From the NCBI GenBank assembly GCA_021613535.1, contig CP075493.1, forward strand, positions 1,116,001 to 1,180,000: a stretch of 64,000 nucleotides of DNA, written 5' to 3'. Positions 1 through 11,668 of the stretch are shown piece by piece (within the stretch, counting starts at the first letter, position 1; every line of letters starts with the position of its first letter). The position numbers and the translations under genes were made by a program. This stretch comes from Adineta vaga (Eukaryota; Animalia; Rotifera). The notes beneath the pieces were generated by a model, which was not told where the DNA came from, made no database searches, and saw nothing but the letters and a program-made list of their open reading frames with translations.

Positions 1-313
1 GTATTAAAGATTATTCATGAAAGTAAATAACATGAATTTATTTACGTCTCAATAAACTTTTCATGTTAATATCACTTTCTTTTCAGTAAAGTTATATGAT
101 TGAAATATCTATAGTATTTGAGGTTTTTCTATGAGAGAACGACTAATCATAAAGAAGAGATCCGACGATGAAAGAAAATTATGAATAAATATTTATAATT
201 CTATAGATGATTTGGTATTATTTAAGGGTTATAAAAACTATATATTCATATAACATTTTGATATTCTTAAGAAACATATCGGTATAAATTCTAATCAAGG
301 TAACGTTTTTTTC
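1..313. repeat. Direct repeat copy A of ~310 bp segment (copy B at 4807-5113)
   Basis: gtattaaagattattcatgaaag...aatcaaggtaacgtttttttc matches 4807-5113 with few substitutions/indels; may extend left of the window. Confidence 0.95.
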
Positions 314-809
314 AATGCGATGCGAAGAATGAGCTGAGCATTACTGTAGTGCTTCGCGAATTTTCTTTGTTCCTTTATTTATTTATTTCTTCCTATCGTC
401 TGTACGCTTCTTTTTTTGTAGTTTTGTGACGTGATGATCTCAAAAATGATATATCATAAAAAAGTGATTCAAACGCGAGCGAGAACCGTATATCAGAAAA
501 AATTCATTTAAAAACAAAATAAAAATATCGAAACTCTACTTGAAAAATCTGTTATCAGAATTAAATTGTGACATTCTCTACATATTTAGGAAGCCCAGAA
601 AAAAAGACGATTTTGACTTTGAAATTTTGTGAGTTAGTTAAAATCAAATTGTTAAGAAGAAAAGTTAGTCGTGAACTTTGTTCAACAGATGTTTTACAGC
701 TGATAGCATACACGAAAAAAAGGTAGAACAAATGATGATAGAAATCATTTTAACGAATGCTAATCGCATCGCATTCTGTAGTCGAGTAAAGCTCGAGTAT
801 CGTCTAGTT
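314..809 (+). mobile_element. Non-autonomous Helentron/DINE-like (HINE) element, copy 1
   Basis: Subterminal inverted repeats aatgcgatgcga (314-325) / tcgcatcgcatt (764-775), 3' hairpin tcgagtaaagctcga, CTAG(TT) end; second copy at 4341-4679. Confidence 0.65.
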
Positions 810-1421
810 TAAAATGCTAATTCAATAATTTAGATGGCAAAAGAAAGAATTATTAAATTTTATTTTTTTGCTAAAGAATATTCTTTTAAACTAAGAAAAT
901 CTTTTTTAATACTCGATAAATATCATATTATCGAATAAAATTTTATACTCGTTATACTTTTGGATAGAATTCAAAGCAAAAGTTAGAAAAATATATTTAT
1001 CGATTAGTATTTTGTGCAAAGAATTGTGTCGTTTGATTGCCCATATTGAATTACACGAAAAATTTATTGAGCAAAGTATATTATTGCCTTTTTTCTTTCG
1101 AAGACGAGAATACGAAGGGAATGTTTTAATAATTGTAAGAATGATTGAGAAAATACTATCACTCAATGATGATAATGTAAGAAATTTCTTTTAAAATCAT
1201 GTTTTTCGTAGATGATGTCGTGATATAACTAAACATGGAAGTTTTGATTTCCTTTTGTTCTTTTATATTTACTAGACCAAAAGATGAATGTTAGCGAAAG
1301 GAAACAATTAGATTTCGAATTGCATCATTAGAAAATATTGTTTTACATTTTCTCGATAATCATTTTATCAACATGTGACTTGCATAACTAATATTCATGG
1401 TGAGAAAAACAAACCTCATCT

Positions 1422-1526
1422 TGAGGGTGAGGGTGAGGGTGTGGGTGTGGGTGTGGGTGTGGGTGTGGGTGTGGGTGAGGGTGTGGGTGTGGGTGTGGGT
1501 GGGTGGGTGGGTGTGGGTGTGGGTGG
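1422..1526 (+). repeat. Interstitial telomere-like hexamer array (TGTGGG/TGAGGG)
   Basis: 11 TGTGGG, 4 TGAGGG and 3 TGGG units; TGTGGG and TGAGGG are the telomeric hexamers reported for bdelloid rotifers. Confidence 0.85.
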
Positions 1527-2084
1527 ATAGAGACACTGACTTGCATCCTTTCACAGCCTCATCCACCCTCACCCAGAACACAATGAAGTAGAATAGTACT
1601 TGGTGGGCGATGATCGTGGCTGATGCAGACAGCAGAAAACATTTATTGAAGAATATTGCATTTTCTCTTTAGTTATAAGGATATTAGGGATTTTTCCGAA
1701 TTTTTGTCTTCTGGATTTTTACTCTCCAGATTCCAAGACGTATTCCTTTTTTAATACATGTACATGATCAATCAAGCGAAACTCAACGTGCTTTTTCAAT
1801 ATGAACGAATCGAAGAATTATTCATTTTTAGTACTTCTTGCTCATTAGAAATAAGGAAAAATATATTCTACTATTTTATCGCGTTTGTTCAAGTTTAAAA
1901 CAAAGGATGTATCGTTACAAATGTATCCCGTATGAATTAATGACGAATAACAGAAAGAAAAAGAAAAAAATCTTATTTTCCTATTTCGCTGAATAAATCA
2001 GATGAATAGATAATGATTATTTCGAAGTTTTTCATACATATACTAATGAATCATTGGAATCTATAGATTGATTGATATTTCCAA

Positions 2085-2912
2085 ATGGCTTCATCTGATA
2101 ATCAAAATTCAGAAACTTCTGCTCCATCAGCTCCATCAAAGGATTCTGAGCAATTACGAAATACTAAATGTGTGACTGGTTTTGGTTTTATAAAGACAAA
2201 GTATGGATTATTAAATATCTTAACTCTCGTAAGTCACTCGTTTATTTTGAAAAGAAACAGCATGAGCATGAAAATTATTTTAGATTTCATTGATTTGCAT
2301 ATTAATTACTGCTGGTATACCTGACTATGGTTATGCAAAAGTAGCGGATCAAAATTCCTCTGCATCCAGTGTTGAAATTAGTGCTGTTTCTACACGAAAT
2401 TCGATTATTGCTTTTGCTGTTCTTGGATTAATTCTAATGATTATTGATACTATTCTTTATGTTTTCAAACTGATTTATCGTCTGCCAACTAAATTTGATC
2501 TTATTGTAAGTAATCGACAATATATTATAAATGAAGCGATATATACATTATTTCTTGTTAAGTAGTTTATTATTGTAATGCTTATCTTCAGTGCGATATA
2601 CTTTATTCTAGCGTATGTAACGAAATTTCACAGGAAATAATTAGTTTATCTTAACCGGATTGTTCTTTTTTATTGAATAGATGCTGTGCAGCAGCGTGGG
2701 CGGAAAAACTGAATAATACTGTATATGAAAATGATAGTGTAAACCATAAAGGTGCAGCGGCAGCAGCTTCAGTAAGTTTATTTTCCTTTCTGATTTTTGA
2801 ATTCGATCAACTATTTCAATTTTAGTTCTTTCTCTTTGTTGCTACGGGTGTGATTCTTGCTAATTTTATCTTACGATTAGTACGTCCGGAAATAATTCAG
2901 TCAAAACAATGA
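2085..2912 (+). CDS. MARVEL-domain (CMTM/plasmolipin-like) 4-TM protein, 5 exons
   Basis: GT-AG introns join ORFs 2085 and 2290 to downstream exons; GFIKTKYGLLNILTL first helix and AAAAS-FFLFVATGVILANF last helix; TGA at 2910-2912. Confidence 0.7.
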
Positions 2913-4340
2913 ATATTTCTTTCTTATCAAACGAAGTCTAACTAATATTTCACATGAATACGATTCTCATCTGACACTCGATTCCATCATCTCAGATATA
3001 TAAATATATAGAATTGAATAAATGAAATAAAATATTGTTTAGAGTAAAGTATCATGTTGGTATTTTTAATTCAATAAACAATTAAAAAGGAAATATATAT
3101 CACTATCATGTGAAGTAAGATCTTATTCTACCTTTCTTCAACATCTATTAAGAATAAATAAGAAAATTACTTACATTGTTAACGTTCTTATTGATTGTAT
3201 ATATATATTTTCTTGTTACGAATATAAAATATAGCAAGAATCGTCATGAATAGAATTTACTCTTATCATAATTTGCGATTACTCGAATGAAAGTAGTTCT
3301 TCTATACGTCAGTTATTGAACAAACGTGCATGACATAATATTCTTCTCTATCACTAAATAGCAACAGTTCATTTCCGTTGCAGTCTTTATATGGTATTCA
3401 TTTTCTTTCACAGCAATGATAATAGGAAAAAAGAGGAAAAGGTACATTGTTGAAAGAGATATTTTCCAGTTAAATTAGTTATCATCACGTGTGACTCTAA
3501 TTTAGATTTTTCTTTTATGACGTTCGAAAAACTCTTCGTTAGAAATAACACGACGAATGTCTATCGATGTGTTGCAAAAGCATTACACTCGTTTTCACGT
3601 AGAGATTCATAGCAAAATTACTAGTGTGATTGAGTAAAACTCGACTTGTTGCTATATATCTCTAGGGAATTTCTGTCCAATAATTTTCTTTTCTTTTCAT
3701 TTATTATTAATCATTATCGATGCATCTGATGTATAGAAATATATACTTGAAATTTTTGCATGAAAATGAGACTATTTAAAAGAGGATCCGTTCATCAAGA
3801 GAAAAGAAACGATGTTTTTTCTTATTAATAAGTCTATATCATCATTATTATTTGATGAACTGAGATTAGTTCTATTTATTTTCAAAAATTACTAATGCAT
3901 AGATTATTGGAACGAGTACATAAGATAAACTCCTTCTAAGATAGTAGGATAGTATAGTTTCTTTTCTTGTAATGAACACATCGAAATTTAAACGAATGAA
4001 TTTTTGTTCTGTTCAGATCTTTTAACACTTTTTCGTATCATTAAAGGCATTTTTCAAATCATAAGTACGTGATCTCGCATAGGCAACGGCAACTTCCGAT
4101 TAAATCTTCAATAATATCAATAAAAGTAATCTTATTAAAAAACGATTCGATTAAACAAAGCAGATATGATCATTAATAACGAATGCTCATCGTTGATACT
4201 TTTGTTTGAAAAAATGAACCGAAGTTTGTTGAATTTCATTTTGAATAATATAATGAAGATTGTTCGTTGAGTTCAATACTCGTTATATTATTAGAAACAA
4301 TCGAAAATCAAAATTGCTTTTAATCGGTTGATTTATAATT

Positions 4341-4679
4341 ATTGAGATGCGAAGAATTGAGCAGAGCATTTCTGTAGTGCTGCGCGTACGCATGACAAGT
4401 TCTGATTTTTGTGACACAAATGATCTCGAGAACTGTACATCAAACAAATTTCATTCAAAAACAAAATAAAAATATCAAGACTCTAACCATGTCTAAGAAA
4501 ACGGTGATCGTAATCCGAAATGCTGGATTACGGTGAAATACGATCAAAGCTAAGGCAATAAATTGCTGTTTTCTAACCGTTTTCGGTCGTTTAAGGCGCC
4601 GTTTCCGACCAACGGAATGAACGTCCTGGGTAATCGCATTGTATTCTGTAGTCGAGTGAAGCTCGAGTACCGTCTAGTT
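4341..4679 (+). mobile_element. HINE-like element copy 2, interior replaced by a small nested element (~4486-4631)
   Basis: Homologous to 314-809 at both ends (gatgcgaagaat...ctgtagtgc; taatcgc...gtcgagtgaagctcgagtaccgtctagtt); centre is an unrelated GC-richer insert ending gtcctgggt. Confidence 0.65.
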
Positions 4680-4806
4680 ATTTACTCATTATTCTGAAAG
4701 TATGTGATACAATTCTATCATATCCACGTCGAGGTCGCGAAGGAAAAAAAAACATTACATTCATCATTCATATATTTTCAAGTCGATATTGTAAATCATA
4801 CGTAAA

Positions 4807-5113
4807 GTATTAAAGATTATTCATGAAAGTAAATAACATGAATTTATTTACGTCTCAATAAACTTTTCATGTTGGTATTACTTTCTTTTCAGTATATGAT
4901 TAAAATATCTACAGAACCCGAGATTTTTCTATGAGAGAACGACTAATCATACAGAAGAGATCCGACGATGAAAGAAAATTATGAATAAATACTTATAATT
5001 CTATAGATGATTTGGTATTATTTAAGGGTTATAAAAACTATGTATTCATATAACATTTTGATATTCTTAAGAAACATATCGGTATAAATTCTAATCAAGG
5101 TAACGTTTTTTTC
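4807..5113. repeat. Direct repeat copy B, immediately upstream of the knottin-like gene
   Basis: Near-identical to 1-313. Confidence 0.95.
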
Positions 5114-5172
5114 GTATTTCAATCCGAATTAAATAGACTTAAATTTTGTATATTATTGAGAAAATCGAGGAT

Positions 5173-5200
5173 TATAAAATAGTATTGTTACTTATCATTC
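5173..5200 (+). promoter_or_regulatory. Possible TATA box and Inr of the peptide gene
   Basis: TATAAAA at 5173-5179, TCATTC at 5195-5200; AT-rich background makes chance matches likely. Confidence 0.3.
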
Positions 5201-5275
5201 AGAGAAAAGAAAACATTTTATCATAAAACAAAAACGAATATGAATATATTTTTATTTAGTATTTGAAATATATCA

Positions 5276-5554
5276 ATGCATTCAACTATTATTTTTACAT
5301 TATGTTTGGCATTAATGATGATGAATGTGAGCAATGCTCGTCGAGTTCAATTAGATAACGATGATGATAATAATTTTGAACTAACAGATGTCCGAGCAAG
5401 ATCATTCTTAGATACGGCTGATGATTATGAGAAACGTGCTGATAGTAATTGTGTATTATGCAGCAAATTAACACGAAGTCGTTGTTGTGCACCGAATATA
5501 TGTGTTAAAAAATTGCTTCACAATGAATGTATCAAGGTTAAACCTGGTAAATAG
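5276..5554 (+). CDS. Secreted cysteine-knot (knottin/ICK-like) peptide precursor
   Basis: Signal peptide, acidic propeptide, KR cleavage site, mature peptide with C-C-CC-C-C framework, C-terminal GK. Confidence 0.8.
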   Translation: MHSTIIFTLCLALMMMNVSNARRVQLDNDDDNNFELTDVRARSFLDTADDYEKRADSNCVLCSKLTRSRCCAPNICVKKLLHNECIKVKPGK

Positions 5555-6038
5555 ATCAAGACGATAAATACAACATCGATTGGTTTTTATTTCGAAAATA
5601 AACTGACATCATTTTTTCTTTTTCCTTTTTTTATATGCTACTCTTTATTTAGTAGCTTTATCACTTCTTTTTTTTTCAATTGAATTATTTATATGATGAA
5701 AATTACCGAAAATAAAATATTACTCATTTTCTGATTTACTCGATTACGATAGTTTAGATTAACCATATACTTATGTATGTAATTCAAATGAAGATTTTCT
5801 TTCGAATACAACTAGTATTACGACACATTCAGCGGCTAGTTTTACATGTGTTGCTAGTCAAATTCTAAATAGTATTATCAATGATATTACCACTATTGGA
5901 TTCTTTGTTTCTCATTTTTCTTGATATCAGTTTCAATTATTGTTTGTTGAATGTCTCATAATGATGTCATACGACAAACAATATGATAAGATATCAGAGT
6001 ATGCTGATAGACGAATTTCATTTGTTTTGAAATTTCAA

Positions 6039-7575
6039 ATGACTCTTGCGCATCGTTATACCATACCTATTATTGCTGGCGATCTACGCCGTGCAGAATT
6101 CATCCAACAATTGGCGGATACATGTGAATACATGGATTCTGTTTCATACGATATATTCTATCGAATAACTCAACGTCTGAATCTATATCGTGCAAAATTG
6201 AATCAAATGGAAGAACGAATTCAAAATGCAAACGTACATATTGGTCAAATTAAAGACTTAAAGAATGCTACACAATCGTATTCTAATTCACGATATCCTG
6301 TTCAGGAAAAACGATCGATTTATAAATCAATTTTCGAACAGAATCCTATCAATGACGATGATTGTCCAAGTGAATTGTCCTGGAATACCTTTCATTTCAA
6401 TGAAACAAGTGATAAATATGCCCATCTGAACGACGATAGTTTGTTTGTTTTAAAACAATATGAAGATAATTTTCTTCAGCAAACAAAAAGGCAGATTCCA
6501 TCAAATAATTTAGGAAAGTTTCCAACAAATATTAAATCAGTTGTTTCTCTTCTTAAATGCAATACAAATGAAAATCCGTAAGAATCAGATTTTATTATAT
6601 TATCATCGTTCATCTATATTTATATTAGATATATAAAATCAACAGAAATCGATCCATTGAATGTAACTAGTCGAAAACGCAAACGAATCGATGAATCAAT
6701 TTCACAATGTATGTATGTTTTATATATTTTTCTGTTGATTGTCTTGTTTGTCTTGAAGGTATGGAAGATGTTCATTTACCAATGTTCAGTTCAAAATTGT
6801 TCGAACGATCACCTGGGAATAATTTTGCTTACACACCAAACGTTGATCCTGTCCATCAATTATCTCTACCGGATAATCTACCTGATCTTGACAATTATGT
6901 TACATTCGGGAACGATACAAAGATTGATTTTCAACAACCACAGATAACTCCATCGTCTACAATAATCATGCCACTTGATAATCAAATTCCATCAGAACAA
7001 ACTTTACCTATAACGATTGAAACAGAACCAATAAATGTGACTGGTAAGAATAATTTTCTTGCAGCGATTCTCAAATACTTATTCCCATAATTTTTTTTTC
7101 TTTAGTTCCGCCGGTCGACTTACCAAGCATTACTACTGAGACATCGATTTCAACGGTTGCTTCTTCTCCAGTAGAATTATCTCCACCATCTAGTTCCTTA
7201 GTCCAAGAAACGAATACTATTGTCGATCAGAAGGTCACTGATAATATTTGTGATGATCTACCATTGACGCCAGTTATTGATACTCGCAAAGTAGTCAATA
7301 ATACTGCACTGTCAAATTCGAAAGAGCCCCTGAGCATCAAATCTATGTTGGAAGACTTTTTCGGTCCACGACGTCTTCATCTTCGTCCTCCTACACCACC
7401 ACGCACAAATACGGCGAATACAACGCGAGTCGCCAAAAAAACAAATGATTCATTGTCAAAGATCGGTAATAGTTTTATCGAGAACATCGCTGCCAAAACT
7501 GACGAAATACGCAATAGTCAACGATACGTTAGAAATGATTCGAAGAATGAAGATAGTGATGAATGGAGTGACTAG
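6039..7575 (+). CDS. WASHC1: WASH complex subunit 1 (WASH1)-like, divergent, multi-exon
   Basis: WAHD motifs YTIPIIAGDLRRAE..QLADTCEYMDSVSYDIF.RI, LGKFPTNIKSVVSLL..NT.ENP, PDNLPDL; acidic C-terminus EDSDEWSD. Confidence 0.8.
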
Positions 7576-7746
7576 GATGAATAGTGTGAATAAAGATACA
7601 GATGAGGGTCTTTTGACTTTAAATATACTCTCAATGAAACGTTGTACTTTATTTGATTTTGTCTATTTATTAAACTTCGAAACAAAATTGTACAATTTTG
7701 AAATTTTTTATACTAATTCTACCATGAATAATAATTAAGGATTAAG

Positions 7747-10022
7747 TCAATCGATGATTGATTTTTGATGTGATTTTGTATGCAATTGAATAAACGAGTG
7801 AAGTTTTGGTGTCAAGTACTTTTGATAGTTTAGGTTTTTGGAAGTCAATTGGGCACATCGACATTTCAGTGAGAGATGTTTACTATTTGAAAGGAGGTTT
7901 TTAACGTCGTGATCCCATGTTAGATCTACTGGATGACGTCCTGCATAGTCGACGACATCAGGATGTGCACCATAATCAAGAAGTAATTGAATGACAGGTT
8001 TTGCTACAAGAACATTTGAACAACTTGCAATAAGATGCAATGGTCGATTTCCATATCTATCAAAAACATCATTGACATCTGCTCCACATTGAATCAATAA
8101 GCAAATAACAGAAAATGTTGAAAAACTAAACAAACATTTATTTGATTAGTTTACGTTAGTTTTAAATAATCTTATATACCTGTATGAACCAGAATGTTGT
8201 GTGGTTCTTTTCTTGACAATTTCGTTGATAAAATGACTAAGAAAAGATCCTATCAGTTCCTTTCGGGCAATACGTCGTACAACAGCGATAAGAGCATATT
8301 GATCTTTTTGTGTTGTTTGCTTGGATTGTATCATCTAGAAAAAGAAAAATAGAAACATGATTTATTTTTTAATATAACTTGATGAAAATACTTACACAAA
8401 CAGCTATTTTTAAAAGATTTATATAAAGAGATAAATAACGATAATGCGCAGTTGAACTAAAACTCCAATTAATGACAGTTACTAATATATCGACCGATAC
8501 TATTTCGTCTTCGTTCCACATAAATTCTAAGTCTTCAGCTAGAGATATACATTGTTTTCTATGCAGTGCTTTTGTATCGTAGTTATCATTTTGAATTTGA
8601 AGAATCAATTGACAAGTGTGTAAACGTAACTGAAGAGATCGAAGAAACATATGATTATCACTGTAATAATTACATTGTTGTTCAATTAAAAAGAAATATA
8701 TCTCTGGATCTCCATGTTGAAGAAAAGTTCGTTCATTAACAAGTAAAGCATGCATACGCATAGCATGATTATTATCTCTTATTGATTCGAGTTGCTCTAG
8801 TGTTTGACATTCTCGACGAAAATCATATACTTCATAGAGAGTTGAATCATCTAATGAGGATTTTTCATTTAAACTTTGTGTAAAGAAATAAAATGCCATT
8901 TCAGGATTTACCATTTCAGGATCGAGAGTATATCGACAAGCTAATCGTCCTAAATCATCAATACATCGCTCAGATGGTAATAATTGAAAAAGTAAGTCTA
9001 CAATTGGTCTTAGATCACGATAAGCAGCTAACATCATTGGTGTAAAGTATTCTGCATTTGATTGCATATGTCCATGTGTATATTCGAGAAGAACTTTAAT
9101 TGTGTCAATATGTTCTTGATTTATTGCATAGTCGAGAGCAGTGTGATCTCCAAAATCTCGAATATGAGGATCAGCACCATGTTTTAAAAGACTATTTACA
9201 ATCCTGTGATAACCATGACGAGCAGCTTGATGTAATAAATAGCTATCATAATAGTTCTCAAGGTTACAATCTTGACTGAGTAGATAATCCATTAATTCTT
9301 CATTGTTTTGTTCCAGGGCGATTTTTAAGCTGTTATCTATATTAACATCTGCATGAGCTCGTTCAATGAGTTCTCGGACAAGATTGAAATCACATATTTC
9401 CGATGCATATGATAGCGGTGTTTTATATTCATATCTATAATCATAACCAATTTCAGTTTCACAATCATTAAATATCGATGGATCTAAATCGTCTGCATAG
9501 ATTTTATCTAACAATAATCGAATGCAATTTGTATGTCAAGACGAATGGCATGTGAAAGAATATTTACATTAAATTGATATTCATGGGAATACGATTCATT
9601 TGTCCAATACTTTTCTTGAGTATTGAAAACATTGATCGGTGGTAAAAGACAATCGAGAAGATCAGCATCATTAAGATCAATAGCATCACAGATTTCTCTC
9701 CATTGTGCATCTATATATTCATTTATCTCTTCCTTATCTATGTATTCATCCGAATATTCTTCATATATATCATCTCTTTCGCTTTCGAAATGATGATCAT
9801 CAAAATCAATTAATTGCTCTTTCATCCATGATCTAGCCGATCGTTGTTTTTTGTCTACTGAATATAAATAAACAAAAGTCATTGATGTGTATCTGAATTA
9901 TCGGATATTGTTACTATACCTGAGTATAAGTGTGAAGAATAAACATAACGATTTGCTCTCTCACGAATATTATGTTTGTTTTGTTGATGAAGTTGAGTAA
10001 CCTTTCGTAAATCTAAAATCAT
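7747..10022 (-). CDS. FEM1-like ankyrin-repeat substrate receptor with one apparent frameshift (~9536)
   Basis: N-terminal ankyrin repeats, RMHALL..ER segment, C-terminal ankyrin plus box-like LSLKCRCAQL...LHSFIQLH; GT-AG introns. Confidence 0.75.
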
Positions 10023-10529
10023 TGTCGTAATTATTCTGCATATTCTACTCGAAACGTCTTTAAATGTATATATTGTCTAGGGTGATATAATACATGACAG
10101 AAGGTTTTTTTCCATATCTGTCAAATCGTTGTGAAATTTGTTTTTTTCCTCTACGAATGACAAAAGAATGTGTACGGGAGGGACGGAATGTGTTTCATGA
10201 CTCATCTTCAACATTTTCATTGGTAATATTTCAAGGATCGAAGCGCCATCTCGATAGATCGGAAAAGTGAATGAGGATATCAAAAGAAAATATAATATCA
10301 TACTTTTCTTTGATACTGCAGTGAAAATGATATCAAAAGAGTGAAAAGATACTCGTATCTTTGTAGACAATATATTCTTCAGAAGTTGAATGCTATTCTC
10401 TTATCAACAAACGATTCTACGTGTAAGACGCACCATACTTCTTCAAATATTCGTTTGGACGACTCATTGAGAGACTTGAAAACAAAAGATAATCGTTTAC
10501 ATGTCTTTTTAAAAAACTTTATAAAATCT

Positions 10530-11207
10530 ATGACAGTCAAAATATCAAGTGATCAATTTGGCGAAACTGATTTTGTTGAAGTATTAGACGAGCCTTATCA
10601 TAAACCATACATTCGAAATTCATGTGTCAATATTTTCGTAGCCAAGTTACCACGTAATACTATGACAATGTATCATCGACATAATCAAAACACGATCTAT
10701 GTGGTCATTGCTGGCTCATATTGCAAAACTCAAATATTAGGATCGAATATCTGTGGACAGGAATATGTCAGTGGTGATTGCTTTTCTGGTGAATATCGAA
10801 CAGAACCTCTGATACATCGTGTAGAATGTCTGAATGAAAGTCTTACCGATGCTTGGTTTGTTGGCACTGAAATATTACAAGAGAAATCTTTCGTCTCTGA
10901 TAGTATCTTTGAACATACTCGATATATTCCTATTTCAAAAGTAAATATTCCTGGATGTCGTGCTTATCGATTGAAACTGGCATCAAATGAGACAACGGGT
11001 ACTCATTTATGTAGTTTTTCTGGTATTTTTATATCATTAACCAATGGTCAGTTGAAAATAACCAATGAAGACGTTCAACAACGTTTTCCATTATCCTCTG
11101 GTAGCATTGAAAAAGGGTACGTTACTTGGTTTGATGGACCTGTTCAATTTGAGTTACAAAATATGGGTTCTGAAATGTATGAAGCAATCCTTATACTCTT
11201 GGCGTAA
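10530..11207 (+). CDS. Intronless tandem cupin-fold protein, bacterial-like (HGT candidate)
   Basis: EPYH...T.YHRH..NT.YV.I.G and IHRV motifs, second barrel RAYRLKL....TG.H; first in-frame ATG at 10530. Confidence 0.65.
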   Translation: MTVKISSDQFGETDFVEVLDEPYHKPYIRNSCVNIFVAKLPRNTMTMYHRHNQNTIYVVIAGSYCKTQILGSNICGQEYVSGDCFSGEYRTEPLIHRVECLNESLTDAWFVGTEILQEKSFVSDSIFEHTRYIPISKVNIPGCRAYRLKLASNETTGTHLCSFSGIFISLTNGQLKITNEDVQQRFPLSSGSIEKGYVTWFDGPVQFELQNMGSEMYEAILILLA

Positions 11208-11460
11208 TAAATATCAATCATAGTATGTTCTAGTGTTCGTCTTCTTGCTTTTGTACAGTTTGTAATTCATTTTTATGATTTATCGTTGATCATCATCAGA
11301 GATTATTTGATAGTATCGTATATTAAAGTACAAAAGTAAAATTGCGAAAAGAACACATGAATTTGAATATGTACGTATCATTTCAGTTTCGAAGCTATGT
11401 GAGATAGTTCACATTTACATCTTCATCAATGATCTTGATTGGTTGAAAGAATCTATAGAA

Positions 11461-11551
11461 TTATCTAAGTCTATTTGAGATACGTTGAATTTCTTGTTGA
11501 ACTGCTGTAATAAATGGATGTGTTGGTGACAACGTTGCCTTGAAGATATCC
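11461..11551 (-). pseudogene. Orphan 3'-end fragment of an ART-TPR paralog
   Basis: Closely matches 17583-17673 (last codons and stop of the ART-TPR gene). Confidence 0.85.
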
Positions 11552-11668
11552 TAGAGCTGGGTAACTCAACTCAATTCAGTTCGATCCATGAATTGAGTTG
11601 AGTTGCATATTTCTTTCAATGAATTGACTTGAATTGAGTACCTTTTTGAGTTAAATTGCTCAGCTCTG
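11552..11668. mobile_element. MITE
   Basis: Imperfect TIR agagctgggtaa / ttgctcagctct and internal inverted repeat aactcaactcaattca / tgaattgagttgagtt. Confidence 0.7.

Noticed and set aside
1010-1260. Exon-like fragment (CKELCRLIAH...) with a GT-AG intron
   Set aside because: No recognisable family, start or consistent frame
1360-1591. ORFs with poly-(TH) and poly-(VW)
   Set aside because: Translations of the hexamer repeat array, not proteins
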